A stretch of 64,000 nucleotides of DNA from positions 25,420,001-25,484,000 of the forward strand of contig OZ024744.1 in NCBI GenBank assembly GCA_964016885.1, in the 5' to 3' direction. Below are positions 14,155 to 27,357 of the stretch, piece after piece. The position numbers and the translations under genes are program-made. Source of the DNA: Eledone cirrhosa. Its lineage: Eukaryota. How positions within the stretch are numbered: position 1 is the stretch's first letter; each line of letters opens with the position of its first letter. The notes under the pieces are model-generated. The model saw nothing but the letters and a program-made list of their open reading frames with translations. It did no database searches and was not told the DNA's origin.

Positions 14155-14730
14155 TAACCCTTCGTGGACCCCGGCAAATGTTTAAAATTATGTAATTTTT
14201 AAATGTTTTATTTCAAGACTATCTCCTGACTTTTATTGCCGATAGTTTATATATGTAGGTACAAATACTAAACTTTCCCTATCCTATGAATGCTATGACA
14301 TAAAACTATTTGTTTGGGGTCCAACTGGACCTCATCGACCTTCGTGACACTAATTGTTGGCTTCGTGTTTTCAGATATTCTGATAAAATTAGTTTTATTT
14401 ATTTGACTGATTGTATCCCCTGATGTAAGTCACATTTTTTCGTATTTGTACTGATATATATTAATTTTGGTTTATTTTCTATTTAGTTTTATATCCATGA
14501 TAAATGTAACTATAGCAAATGTTTGTTTCAATAAAGTTTTTCCAGTCAATAAAATTTAATTCACCTCCATTGTAATACTAATAATTACAAATATATGCTT
14601 AGTTTCCTGTTATAGATCCTGCAACACACACATATATATGGTTTAACATATATCACTTCATGGATAGTCCAGAAATCCGCCTAAATAAAAGGGGTCCCAC
14701 GAGACCCCGATTAACTTTTGTGTAATTCCA
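14155..14730. mobile_element. Possible piggyBac-like non-autonomous remnant
   Basis: taacccttcgtggacccc start and repeated ggggtc...gaccc motifs (14317, 14691). No partner TIR was found. Confidence 0.25.
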
Positions 14731-14884
14731 ACGAAAGGCAAATAATGGATTTTAATCTCGACAAAATGTCACCGATTTGAGCGTGTAGGAAGTCAATATA
14801 ACGCCTCTAGTAATTGACTGATACTTAAATTGTTCGTTTTTTATTTAGCAGCGCCTGGGTGAGACAAAGAGGAACTTTCTATAA

Positions 14885-15203
14885 AAGTTTCTGTTCCTGT
14901 GAAGCCCAGCATCTCAAGATTTGTACTGAGGTAGTTACTGACATATCCCAGTACCCCAATAATCACAGGTATAAATCTGAAGGTATAATCAGGGTGGAGT
15001 ATCTACAGATTTCTCATTGGTTCTGCATTAATATTCTCCTTTTCACTAATCTTTGATATTATATTGGCATCTGCTGGGCAGTTAACTTCCACTAATGTGC
15101 ATGCCTTCTTCTCCCTGTCCCATATCATAATATCTGGTCTGTTATGCCTGCATTTTATTGGGATTTTTACTGGAACATTCCACCAGTACTATTTCATATT
15201 ATG
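14885..15203 (-). mobile_element. R4/Dong-like family A fragment (RLE domain)
   Basis: Reverse complement matches 38125-38435 (WWNVPVK, HNRPDIMI, VEVNCPADANII). The 5' junction runs into (TATG)n. Confidence 0.85.
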
Positions 15204-16363
15204 TATGTATTTATGTATATATGTATGTATATATGTATGTATGTATGTATCTATGTATGTATGTATTTATGTATGTGTGTGTTTGTATGTATATATGTGT
15301 ATATATGTATATGTGTATGTATATATGTATGTGTGTTTGTATGTATTTATGTATGCATGAATATGTGTATCTATGAATGCTTGTATGTACGTAAGTATGC
15401 ATGTATATGTATGTGTGTATGTATGTAATATTATATGCATATATTTGTACATACACGTAAACTTATATGTACGTGTATATGTTTATATATTTACAAGTAT
15501 ATACATGTACACACATTTACACGTATTTCAGTAAATGTATATTAATGAGTATATAGAAATGTTCTATACATCTATGCGTGTGTGAGAGTGTGTATGTGAG
15601 AATGTGTGTGAGTGTGCGAGCGTGTGTGTGTGTGTGTGTGGAAATGAGTGGATGTGTACGCACACGATTGGGCATGTTTATTTGCGAATGTATGTGTGCT
15701 TGCAAAATTGTGCGTCTGTGGGTGTATGTGTGAGAGAGTGTGTACAGGTGTATGTGCGTGTGTGAGTGTAAAGGTGTATGTGTGTGTGTGTGAGAGACAG
15801 TATATACTAAGGTGTGTGTGTGAGTGTGTGAGAGAGAGAGAGACAGTATGTACTAAGGAATGTGTGTGTCCATACAGTAAGACTAGCCAAGCACAATATA
15901 TAGAACAATAACTGGAGCCATGACTTCTGAATATAGAGTCAGTAAAAATATTTTAAACCATACATAGATATATACATACACACACACACCCATATATATG
16001 TATATACATTTATCAATATATATTATGTATCTATGTATATACATATATATATATTTACACACACATACATATATGTATATAAATGTTTATATGTATACAT
16101 TTATATACATATCTATATGTATGTATCTATCTATATATATATATATATACATATATATATTATTGTATGTATATATATACATATATGTGTGTGTATATAT
16201 ATATACATGCACACACACATATATATATTAAATATATATATATGTATATATCTCTATATATATATACGTATACATATATACATACACACATACATATACA
16301 CACATACATACATACATACATACATACATACATACATACATACATACATACATACATACATAC

Positions 16364-16394
<31 letters not shown>

Positions 16395-16596
16395 CATACA
16401 TTTCTCTCAACTATTTTTCGTATGTTTGTTTAAACAACATCTAGCGTTTAATTATAGTATTTCGACTGGATTGATTTTCATTTATTTGCGAAATCAACCA
16501 ACTTTTCCTCCTCGTTCCCCCATCAAACTTACTGGCATTTTAAAGCTACATGTGTCGATATATATATATATACATATATATATCAATAGGTATGAT

Positions 16597-16650
<54 letters not shown>

Positions 16651-16710
16651 TGTGTATATATACATATATGTGTATGTGTGTGCGTGTGTGTGTATACATA
16701 TACGTATAAG

Positions 16711-16751
<41 letters not shown>

Positions 16752-16753
16752 AC

Positions 16754-16808
<55 letters not shown>

Positions 16809-16845
16809 TACACGTATATATATATATATATACACACACATACAC

Positions 16846-16882
<37 letters not shown>

Positions 16883-17271
16883 TATCCATACATACATAGA
16901 AGTTTATATAAGAGTGACTTTAATTTCTGAATGCGATGTGTTCTTTAAAATAATAATGACTAGTTGTAGATATATTAAGTACCGTTGCTAAGACAAGCTA
17001 ATTTCTCGCTTGTTAAGAATGGTAATTAAACATTGAGAAATAATCCACAAATCTTCTAACTCTTGCATATTCTCTTGTGTTCTTGCTTCTTTTGCTTTCT
17101 TTAATTGTTTTTCTTCTACATGTAATATTTTGTCTCCTTTTAAACAAATTTTCCAAAACTCGAATCATCCGCCTACTCTGCATTCTTCAACAGAGTCTAC
17201 TGAGGTTGTCAATAATTAATTGATATTTTTTTTAATGACGAGTCGCGTTTACATAAATACGTACTTTCGCT

Positions 17272-17347
<76 letters not shown>

Positions 17348-17390
17348 CACACACACATATATATATATATGTGTGTGTATATATTTATAT

Positions 17391-17458
<68 letters not shown>

Positions 17459-17772
17459 TTTTATATAAATATATACATTTAATGCACGTACACACATATA
17501 TTGACATAGGTATTGATATAGATGCGTACAAACATACATTCATACACATATACATATATACATATATACATACATACATACTTACATATATACATACATG
17601 CAGGAATATATGCATACATACATATATGCATGCTTGTATACATACGTGCATACATTCCTGCAGGCAAGCGTGTATATAGTCATACATCTCATTCATACAT
17701 GCATATCTACACACGCACACACACATATATATATTGGCAAACATACGTATAGATACACACCTATACCATTCA

Positions 17773-17808
<36 letters not shown>

Positions 17809-18269
17809 TACATACATACATATATACATACACACATACATACATACATACATACATACATACATACATACATACATACATACATACATACATACATACA
17901 TACATACATACAGACACACAATGCCATTGATTTATAACTACATATATACACACATATTTTCCCACGTACAAGATGCCCTACACACACATACATATATATG
18001 GAGTGAGATATAGATACATAGATGGAGAGAGAGAGAGAGAGTGAGAGAGAGAGAGGGAGAGAGAGAGAGAGAGATAAAGTGGCCGAGCTGTTTGATAGAG
18101 AGTTATGTGGCATTTGTTGTGTCTCTCTGTACACTCCTTTTGAGGTCGAGGGTTGTGTTAGACCCCCACCCCCTCTTTCTTTGTCTGGAATCAGTTGTCT
18201 TCAGACCTGGGTAGAAGGTGCGTACCATCAGTTTAATCATTACCCATGACAGAGTAAGTCACTACGGGT

Positions 18270-19160
18270 CCGTCCATCCATCCACCCATCCATACATCCA
18301 TCCATACATCCATCGATCCACACATCCACCCACCCAACCACCCATCCGACCATCCATCCACCCAACCATCCATACATACATCCATCCATTCACCCATCCA
18401 ACCACCCAACCAACCACTCCTCCATCCAACCAACCAACCATCCGACCAACCAACCATCCAACCAACCACCCCTCCATCCAACCAACCAACCATCCGACCA
18501 ACCAACCATCCAACCAACCACCCCTCCATCCAACCAACCAACCATCCGACCAGCAACCATCCAACCAACCACCCCTCCATCCAACCAACCAGCCATCCGA
18601 CCAACCAACCATCCAACCAACCACCCCTCCATCCAACCAACCAACCATCCAACCAACCACCCCTCCATCCAACCAACCAACCATCCGACCAGCAACCATC
18701 CAACCAACCACCCCTCCATCCAACCAACCAACCATCCGACCAACCAACCATCCAACCAACCAACCATTCAACCAACCACCCCTCCATCCATCCATCCATC
18801 CAACCATCTATCCATCCAACCGTCCACCCACCCATCCACCCACCCACCACCCACCCATCCACCCATCCACCCACCCATCCACCCATCCACACACCCAACC
18901 ATTCAACCATTCAACCAACCATCCACCCATCCACCCACCCATCTAACCAAACCATCCGCCCATCCAACCACACATTAACCGACCCAACCAACCAAACAAC
19001 CACCAACCAACCATCCACCCACCCACCCATCTAACCAAACCATCCACCCATCCAACCACACATTAACCGACCCAACCAACTATCCAACCAGCCATCCATC
19101 CACCCATCCAGCCATCCACCCACCCAACCAACCATCCAACCATCCAACCACCCACCCACT
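18270..19160. repeat. Compound (CCAT/CCAA/CCAC)n microsatellite with short higher-order units
   Basis: Direct inspection; recurring ccacccctccatccaaccaaccaaccatccgacc blocks. Confidence 0.92.
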
Positions 19161-19374
19161 CGGGAGCTACAGTCGCAGCCATGTTCAAAGAGAACCAGTG
19201 AACTATGACCTCCGCGGTATTGTGAAGGTTCACAGGTAACCTGATGCCAGACCTGTGGTCAGTGTGTGATGGAGGGCACATCTCTAGCACGCTTGAAAAC
19301 CTATATCCGACCGTCACACATGCAGTACGCTTAGCGTGAGTTTGCAGCCATCATGTATGTATGTACATATCTAT

Positions 19375-20537
19375 GTTATTATCTCTTTCTCTTAACTTCG
19401 AGTATATTTTTGATTGGACACCTGGTGACAAAGTTGTAAAAGAAAATAAATGGTCATCCCTTGAATCGCAAGAATGTTTTGCAAATGTTGAAGGTGCCAG
19501 CTATTGCAGCCATTTGTAGACTATGAATTAGGGAGCTGCGCTTTTTGTCCGCAAATCCAATTTCAGTCATACTTTTGTCCAAGCGGGTTGGTATATAACC
19601 CGTAGCTCCAATAATTGTTTCTACTTTAGGCACAAGGCCAGCAATTACCCAGTGTATTACTGGTACTTTATTTTATCGACCCTGTAAGGATGAAAGGCAA
19701 AGTCAACCTCGGCGGGATTTGAACTCAGATCGTAAAGGGACGTAACTATGCTGGAAAGCATGGCGTCCGACTCTCTACCGATACTGCCAATCCACCCGTA
19801 GCTCCAATAATGATAGGTATGAAGCTAAAGGTGTATCTTGGATACTGGATCTGCAAACTCCTCATCAATGATGTCCTCCTTCGCCTGTATTTTTCTGACA
19901 ACGTTTACATCAAGTGGGCAGCTGATCTCCACAACAGAACACGTTTTCAATGTGTGGTCCCAAACAACAATACTAGGCCGGTTGTGCTTTAATTTCGTGG
20001 CAGTATTCCTTAGTGCCATCTGTCTCAATATATTCTTCCTCGTTTGTTGTTAATTTTGTTTTCCGAAGTGCGTTCCAGATGGTTCTAGCTATCCCATCGT
20101 GTCTCATGGGGAGGTAGTAGCCAGATGACATTCTATCGTAGCTGGCAACAATGTGGCTTACATCCTCAATCTTTGTTTTACATAGCCTACATTTATTGTC
20201 AGCTGCTGGCCCTCCTCTTTTGTGCAGCAGATATTTGGTAGGGAGTTCTTGTTCCTGTATTGCATAGAGATATCCCTCAAGGCTATCCTAATGATATTTT
20301 TTCTTCATGCTCATAAACCTGGGCAAGATGGTTGAAGGTGTTGCTTCAGTGTTACTATCCGGGTCTTATATGATGTTAATATGGATTTTAGAAACCGGCC
20401 ACCTTCCTTGCGTGAGAAGTGTAGCCTATCCACATCACCATTGATGTTAAAGTTTTCAGTAACACTGAGAAGTTTGCGAGTTCTTACATCCATCTCACTT
20501 AGTTCTTGCAATGACCAGTTCAGCAGGCCAAATGTTA
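19375..20537 (-). mobile_element. R4/Dong-like family B 3' fragment, with an internal SINE
   Basis: Minus-strand MDVRTRKLLSVTENFNINGDVDRLHFSRKEGGR, CRLCKTKIEDVSHIVAS (zinc knuckle) and KLKHNRPSIVVWD...VEISCP (RLE). Confidence 0.88.
19616..19793 (-). mobile_element. tRNA-headed SINE, full length, with an 18-bp TSD
   Basis: TSD acccgtagctccaataat at 19598-19615 and 19794-19811. A-box-like TGGCAGTATCGG and B-box GAGTTCAAATCC on the minus strand. Confidence 0.92.
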
Positions 20538-20675
20538 CCGATGATGTTGATCTTTTCTTCTTTTCGAGTTATAGCTACTGTCGCTCAGACAGTGGGATTG
20601 GCTCAGTGCACAGTCTTTCCTCACTTTAAAAAATATCTTCACGTACAGGCATTGCACTATAGAATTAATTAATAT

Positions 20676-22403
20676 CACCGTGTAACAATAAAAAAAATGT
20701 TTCTCTTTTCCTGGCTTGTAATCACTTTTTTGTGTTGCTTAGGTCCCAAATAAATAAAAAAAAGTGCTATTAAACAGTTTAAAGTTTGGGTTTGTAAAAA
20801 TTCTAAGCTATTCACTAGAATTATTTGTATGCTGGATGTTACGTTGTATGTAAGTTTAATTTGCTTATGTTAAATGATTTTTTTATATGTTTCAGGTTAA
20901 ATTAAAATTATAAAATAAAGAGTAATACCTAAAGAAAATTATAAAAGTGCAATAAAGTTTTAAATTGTTAAAAAGTGGATTAAAGAGATTTATTCATACT
21001 GGATTTTCGCACCCTGAATAAAGAGTAAGTTGTGTTTTAAGCATTCGTCTCCAGGATGAAGCAGTGGAACTTGGTCAAGGAGGAAGTGCAGGTGACAAGT
21101 CAGAGAAGTCGACACGAACCTTTCTCAGGCTTTTACACTCTTAGGGATGGCCTCTGCTTCTGCCATGACGTACCTGGACTGTTTGACGTTATTGGGGTGC
21201 CGTTTGTGCCCAAGGAGTAGACAGCTCCACCACAAGTTTGAAGGCTGTCCTCCTCCACAATGGAAACAAGTTCCCGACACTGCCCCTAGCTCAGTCAGTC
21301 TGCCTGAAGGAAGATTACTACAGTGTGAAAGTCCTCTTGGAAGCTCCGCAATATAACCAGTACAATTGGGAAATCATTGGAGACTTCAAGATGGTGGCTT
21401 TCCTTCTGGGACTCCAATGTGGCTTTATCAAATTCTAATGCCTCCTCTGCCTTTGGGACAGCAGAGCCACCTCTGACCACTACAAAAGAAAGAACCGGGA
21501 GCAGCGAACAGAATTTGTAGTTGGGACCCGGAACGTCATGTGGGAGCCACTGGTTGATCCCAGGATTGTGCTCATGCCGCCACTGCACATTAAGTTGGGG
21601 TTGATGAAGCAGTTTGTGAAGGCTCTCAACCAAGAATCAGCCGCTTTTAAGTACCTTCTTGAGTTCTTCCCCAAGTTATCTGAGGCCAAAATCAAAGGTG
21701 GAATTTTTGTTGGACCTCAGATAAAGAAGGTGTTTGAGTCTACCGAGTTCTCCAATAAGCTCAATAGGATTGAGAGAACATCATGGAACTGTTTCAAGGC
21801 AGTTGTTAAGGGCTTCCTGGGCAACTACAGAGCTGAAAACTACCAGCAACTGGTGCAGGATCTGATAAAGGCTTTTGGCGCCATGGGATGCAGGATGTCG
21901 CTTAAACTCCATATGCTGGACGCTCACCTGGAAAAATTCAAGGACAATATAGGCGCCTACTCAGAAGAACAAGGCGAACGATTCCACCAGGATGTGAAAG
22001 AGATAGAACGGCGGTACCAGGGCCACTACAATGAAAAGGTGATGAGGGACTATATCTGGGGGCAAGTGCGGGAATGCGACCTGGACTACAACCACAAACC
22101 CAGGAAATCCAGTCATTTCCGACATGTATAAGTTGCTTTATCAGTGTTATTTGTTTTTACTTGTTTGCTTTTGATAAGCTTGTGTAATAAAATAAATATA
22201 TACTCTGTTGATTTAATTATATGAACTGATAAATTAAAAAAAAATGTGTTTTTGCTTGAAAAATATGAAAATTTCGAAATATCAAACTCCTGACCACAAA
22301 CCCAAACTTCTGATAAAATAATAGTGTTTTTTTATAATAATGGGATACAACAAACCATGAAATGACACTTAGAACCGAGGAACAAAATATATGTTACACG
22401 GTG
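20676..22403 (+). mobile_element. Chapaev3-like (CMC superfamily) DNA transposon, internally deleted
   Basis: 12-bp perfect TIR CACCGTGTAACA / TGTTACACGGTG; flanks tat and taa resemble a TWA target; contains a transposase remnant. Confidence 0.8.
21045..22131 (+). pseudogene. Chapaev3-type transposase, disrupted
   Basis: Motifs KQWNL, LKAVLLHNGN, GDFKMVAFLLGLQ, CLLCLWDSRA, PPLHIKLGLMKQFVKAL, SLKLHMLDAH and SEEQGERFHQD. In-frame stop at about 21436; N-terminus missing. Confidence 0.85.
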
Positions 22404-22499
22404 TAATTATTAATAATGGTATATCGGGCAATGGCCATACTCGATAACGAGGTGGCAGCCATCATGTATGTGTGTGTACGTATGTATGTATGTATGTAT

Positions 22500-23107
22500 G
22501 TCAGGTCACCAGTTGGTGCTTCTGGTAACATGTATCCCAGTACAACCTGTCTCATGGTCGAGTCGTTGGCGACGAAACTGGCAACCCCACCAAGGTTTCT
22601 TGGTGAGGAGGGTGACTGTGGACATCCTGCAGGACTAAAAACAAAACATGTCAAAGGGCAAAGGAGCTCTTAAGATTCAATGGCCATCAAAAATCACCGG
22701 GAGAGATGACCCCTTAGCCTTTGTCAAGGCAGAATTCTAGGAGAAGGAAAACTCTGATATAACACCTGCAACCCTGATGGTATCCAATGATGTTGACTTG
22801 TTCTTCTTTTTGGTAAATATCATCTTGGTTACGAGAGTGGGACTGGCTTTGTGCAGTGCCTTTGCTCACTATAAAAGCTTCACGGCACAGGCATTGCTTT
22901 ATATCTGGATATCTCTCTGCACTTGTCGTCACATGGTACCATGGGCCCAGCAATATGTGTCACTAATTGTCACAAGTGTAGTGTTTGTACCAGAGTTTTC
23001 AAGTCACTGGCTGGACTAAAAAGTCACACTCGTTCAGCGCATCGGTATGGGTTCTCCTACATGGATATAAAGTAGTGGCCGTACTCGAAAACGAGTTGGC
23101 AGCTACC

Positions 23108-23110
<3 letters not shown>
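22500..23110 (+). mobile_element. RTE-derived non-autonomous element, about 610 bp, full-length copy
   Basis: RTE-type 5' UTR motif ggagaaggaaaactctgat. The 3' part encodes CHKCSVCTRVFKSLAGLKSHTRSAH (zinc-finger-like). Ends ctcgaaaacgagttggcagctacca followed by (TATG)n. No RT or endonuclease. Confidence 0.8.
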
Positions 23111-23140
<30 letters not shown>

Positions 23141-23191
23141 TGTATGTATGTATGTATGTATGTATGTATGTATGTATGTATGTATATACGT

Positions 23192-23642
23192 ATGTTCTTC
23201 TGGTTTTATAATTCCACAAAGTTTTACCAATAGAGAGAGTCGGTTTCTAACATAGACACAAGACTCTCTCATTGGAATTTACACAACATCAACTAGCTAG
23301 ATATGTATGCATGCATGTGTAGATATGGATGTTATTGTATGTGTGGATGTGTATGTTTTGAGTTCTATCCGTGCATGTGTATATGCTTTGATCTGTACAT
23401 GTGTATATGCAGTTATTAGATGCACAATTTTTGGAATGTTTTACATATTTTTACTGTTCCATTAATGGATTGTACTTGTAATTTCCTAACTAGTTGTGTT
23501 CTTTCTGTTCCTGTGAAGTCCAGCTTCTCAAGATTTGTATTGAGGCAGTTATTAACATATCCCAGTGCCCCAATAATCACAGGCATAAATCTGAAGGTGT
23601 AATCAGTGTGGAGTATCTGCAGATTTCTCATCAGTTCTGCAT
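23192..23642 (-). mobile_element. R4/Dong-like family A 3' end with complete 3' UTR
   Basis: MRNLQILHTDYTFRFMPVIIGALG...KICKTFQK; matches 38300-38645; bounded by TATG repeats on both sides. Confidence 0.88.
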
Positions 23643-24789
23643 GTATCTATGTATATATGTATGCATATGTGTATAAAGTGTATAAATGTATATATGTATA
23701 TATATATATATATATATATGTGTTCGTGTATATATGTATGTATGTACGTATGTATGTTTGTATGTGTGTATGTATTATTTATGTATGAATGTATTTATGA
23801 GCATGAGTATTTTTCGTTGGGACATGGAAACAACTGAAACCGTTCAAGAACTTTATTGGCAAAGTGCGTGAGGAATCTCGCTGATATAATACCTGTGAAT
23901 TAAATGATTACTAGGGGACTTGCTCTTGCTTGTCTACTACTATTAGGGTCGCCACAGCAGCCATGCCTACAATATGGGATTTTAGTTGACCATGTAGTCG
24001 CGAGAGCAGACACATATCCACACACACTATCGACTCTCACTCAGTGAAACATGTAGGATGTCAAAACTGGGAGGAGAGAAGCGTACACAGCACAGGGTTG
24101 GTGCTTTCTTTGTCGACTCATAAATGATGGAAAGGAAAGGTCATCTCGAAGAGATTTGACCTTAGAACGCAGAGGAACAAATATTTTGTACATATTTTCA
24201 CCTTTCTATTGATAAGTTTTGTCATAATTTCTGCAGCAAGAAGGGTCTATATATGGAACTAGATGCTCCCATAGGAGTCTGTAGGACCAAGCCAAAGGGG
24301 GCGAGGAGGTAAATTACCTCCCGCCTAATAGCTACGGTCTGTTATACCCAATAGAATACCGTCCATTATTCAGGAGAGATATTTATCGGGACGCTATGCT
24401 ATCCATCAGGGACCAAATACGCAACTAATTAAAGTTTGAATCGCCGCCTTACATGGGGGACAGGGGTACCTATACACACTAGCAACGCTCGAGTTGGGGG
24501 TGGATGGGTCGGGGTACTACCCAACAGTTATGGCAATAGCGAACCCACGAAGTGTAGGTCAAGTTGGGGTCGCCACTGAGAACCTAGACATCTGTGTAGT
24601 GGGCCAGGTCAAGCAGAAACAGCCGATTGTCAAGCAATACGCATGTGCAATGCAACAAATGATACATAGGCATACAATATTGTATATCGAGGAAGGTCAA
24701 CTTGAAGAGAAGCTATTTGGTTAAGGAAATAGGTTTAAGGAGGCGAAAAGTTGAAAGAGTGCTACAGAGTTACCTATGAGGGAGGAGTG

Positions 24790-26720
24790 ATATTCCGGCA
24801 GATCTAGCTAATTGGCTTAAAGTGGTAAAAGGAACGAAGATTTCTATGTGGGCAAGAAAAAAAATATTTGATTTCCTATTGAGCAGACTCCAGAAGGCAT
24901 AGGTTACAAGTTTTGCTCGGGGGCAGTAAAGCGTAGTTTTAGTTACCAATCTCCAATTAAGGGTATAATTAATTGTTTCTACTTGAGGCACAAGGCCAGC
25001 AATTACTCAGTGCATTACTGGTACTTTATTTTATCGACCCCGTAAGGATGAAAGGCAAAGTCAACCTCGGCGGGATTTGAAGTCAGATCGTAAAGGGACG
25101 TAACTATGCTGGAAAGCATGGCGTCCGACCCTCTAGCGATACTGCCAATCCACCACCATGGGTATAATTAATACTAGCATTTTTTAAATAGGAAACATAA
25201 CTAGCCAAGGAGGTGGTATTCTTGAGCCTATCATAACTTAATGTATATTTGTGGGAATTGTATCTAGTCTTAAAGGAGGTAGAAGTAGATCCCACATATG
25301 TTTTGGTAGAGGTTGCCGTCACAACATCACATGCATAAACTATATTCCTCATGAGGCAATTGCGCTTCATAGGGCAATTTTCCCTCCGTCTACAATTACA
25401 GTTGCGGTGTGTATTGCTCCTCGTGTCTCGGGAGGAATGGTTGGTAATACTTTCCCGATACGGTATTTGTTCTTCTGATGTGTCGCTACCAAAATCGGGC
25501 AACTCATTTCCCAATGGGTTAGGTTGTTGGTGCTTACTTACAGATTTGATGGTGTAGAACCCTACTCTAATTTTCTTATTATTAGTGCGTGCTAGGTGGT
25601 AGGCTAGGCTAGGGGTGGTGGAGTATAATAGCTTAATCGTATTTTTATTAATTATACTATGGTATCTACTGCCAGGCGGGAAAATCCTTTCAAGAATTAA
25701 AAAGAAGGTTAGTTAGGATTTCCGAGTTGTGGAGTGGGTTAAAGTGTGTGTTTAGTCTTCTTCTATTGTTTCTATTTTTCCCCCATAAGAGAAGGGTTAC
25801 TGTTAGAACCACCATTACTCCTATTGCCATCAATATTATTGGTATAATTTACCTGTTGTGAATGTCCTACGCTATTTTGGTCCCTACCTACATCATCAAC
25901 CCTACTGCGCATCGAGATTCTAGATATCATCATACCGCTATTAGTGTTATTAGCAGACATATGGGGAGGATGCACAGTAGGGTTATTCCGTAGGGGTTGG
26001 GCCAAATTATTTACTATAAGAGTCTTACCCCTACTCCTATTTCTATTACTATTATTATTCAATGAGATTTTGTGCGTCATTATACTATTTGGTCCAGCAT
26101 GGGTGGTTTGGGAGCTGCTAGGTACGTAATATAACTTGTTCCTATAGCCAGACTTTGCTAGTGTATAATTATAATATTCGACATTAGAATTAAATGTGTC
26201 CTCGCTATGTGATAACGGCTAATCCTATTAGATAGGTCTTTAACAATTGAATTTAGTACTGATTAAGGGTAGTTGGAATTAGCATTCGCATACGTCAGTC
26301 TCTCATTAGGTTTATGATAAGGTGTGAAGATCTTATTTTCTAGGTCAAGGGTTACATCTAAAAAGTTAACTGTTTCATTATCCATAGTAATACTAAGGTT
26401 AAAGCCTTTAAAGAATTTACGCAGGTCCTTCCTTGTGCTTTCAATATTATATTTTTTATACTCAAGGGTGAGGCGGGCATCGTCAAGGTATAGTCCACCG
26501 CGAAGATACGGAAATGTTTCATGCAGCTCATGGAGGACGTAAAGTCCAACTAAATCAGTGACCTGTGCTGAGTCACTAGAACCCATTGATTCATGTTGAT
26601 ACGAAAGGCTCCTATGTAGGATACCCAATAGCGGCGTTATCCTCTCTCCCCGTAGAGAGGTATCAGATGTATGATGGCCTGAATTTAATGATTGATACAT
26701 CAGGGATCATTAATAGTCTC
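24790..26720 (-). mobile_element. Penelope-like element remnant (RT + GIY-YIG), with an internal SINE
   Basis: RT: MGSSDSAQVTDLVGLY...GGLYLDD...FLDVTLDL...PYHKPN. EN: CNCRRRENCPMKRNCLMRNIVY...YVGSTSTSFKTRYNSH. A C-terminal CNLCL lies beyond the SINE. Confidence 0.88.
24974..25152 (-). mobile_element. tRNA-headed SINE inserted in the Penelope GIY-YIG region
   Basis: Near-identical to 19616-19793; duplicated flank gggtataattaat at 24961 and 25160. Confidence 0.92.
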
Positions 26721-26969
26721 TTTTATATTCTTCAGTGCACCCCTAGTGAGTGTTATATATGAGTGTTATATGTGAGTGTACCTTCACATGCCTCAGTTTC
26801 TTATGAGAAAATCTGCTTGTACTCTCATATTTTGCTATAATGTTGACTAATAACCCCATTACGCATTCTCTCCATCCTTCTCATCTCCAATCTCCCTCTT
26901 ATTATCCTGTACTGTTCTGGTGACTAAGTTTGGTAGAGCTTATATTCAACACTATATTTTGGTTTATAA

Positions 26970-27016
26970 CGCTCTGTTGATTCCTGCCCCACGGAATGGC
27001 TGAAACATTGTCAGCG
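26970..27016 (+). ncRNA. Hammerhead-ribozyme-like motif with one core substitution
   Basis: CGCT-CTGTTGA-ttcctgccccacggaatggct-GAAA-cattg-TC-AGCG. Stem I is CGCT/AGCG and the cleavage triplet is GTC; A6 of CUGANGA is replaced by T. Confidence 0.55.
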
Positions 27017-27058
27017 AATAAAAATTGTTTGAGTATATAGGCATTCTTTGATTACTTT

Positions 27059-27165
<107 letters not shown>

Positions 27166-27194
27166 AAATAAAAAATATCCAATATTTATCTATA

Positions 27195-27357
27195 CGTAGT
27201 ATATATTATTTATTATATATAAATTAAATATTTCATTTATTATATATTATTTACAATTTGTGTGTAGGGAGGTCTCTCTGGAAATAGGGGTGGGGGCGCT
27301 GAGGGTATTACGTGGCTGTGAGGGGACCGGTGGCTCAAAACGTTTAAGATCCTCTGG
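27195..27357 (+). mobile_element. Dispersed repeat, possible hAT-type non-autonomous end
   Basis: Second copy at about 46268-46425; ends aaaacgtttaagatcctctg, resembling the reverse complement of a hAT CAG terminus. Confidence 0.45.

Noticed and set aside
18218-18946. 242-aa P/T/N/Q/H-rich ORF
   Set aside because: Translation of a CCAT/CCAA microsatellite, open in several frames on both strands.
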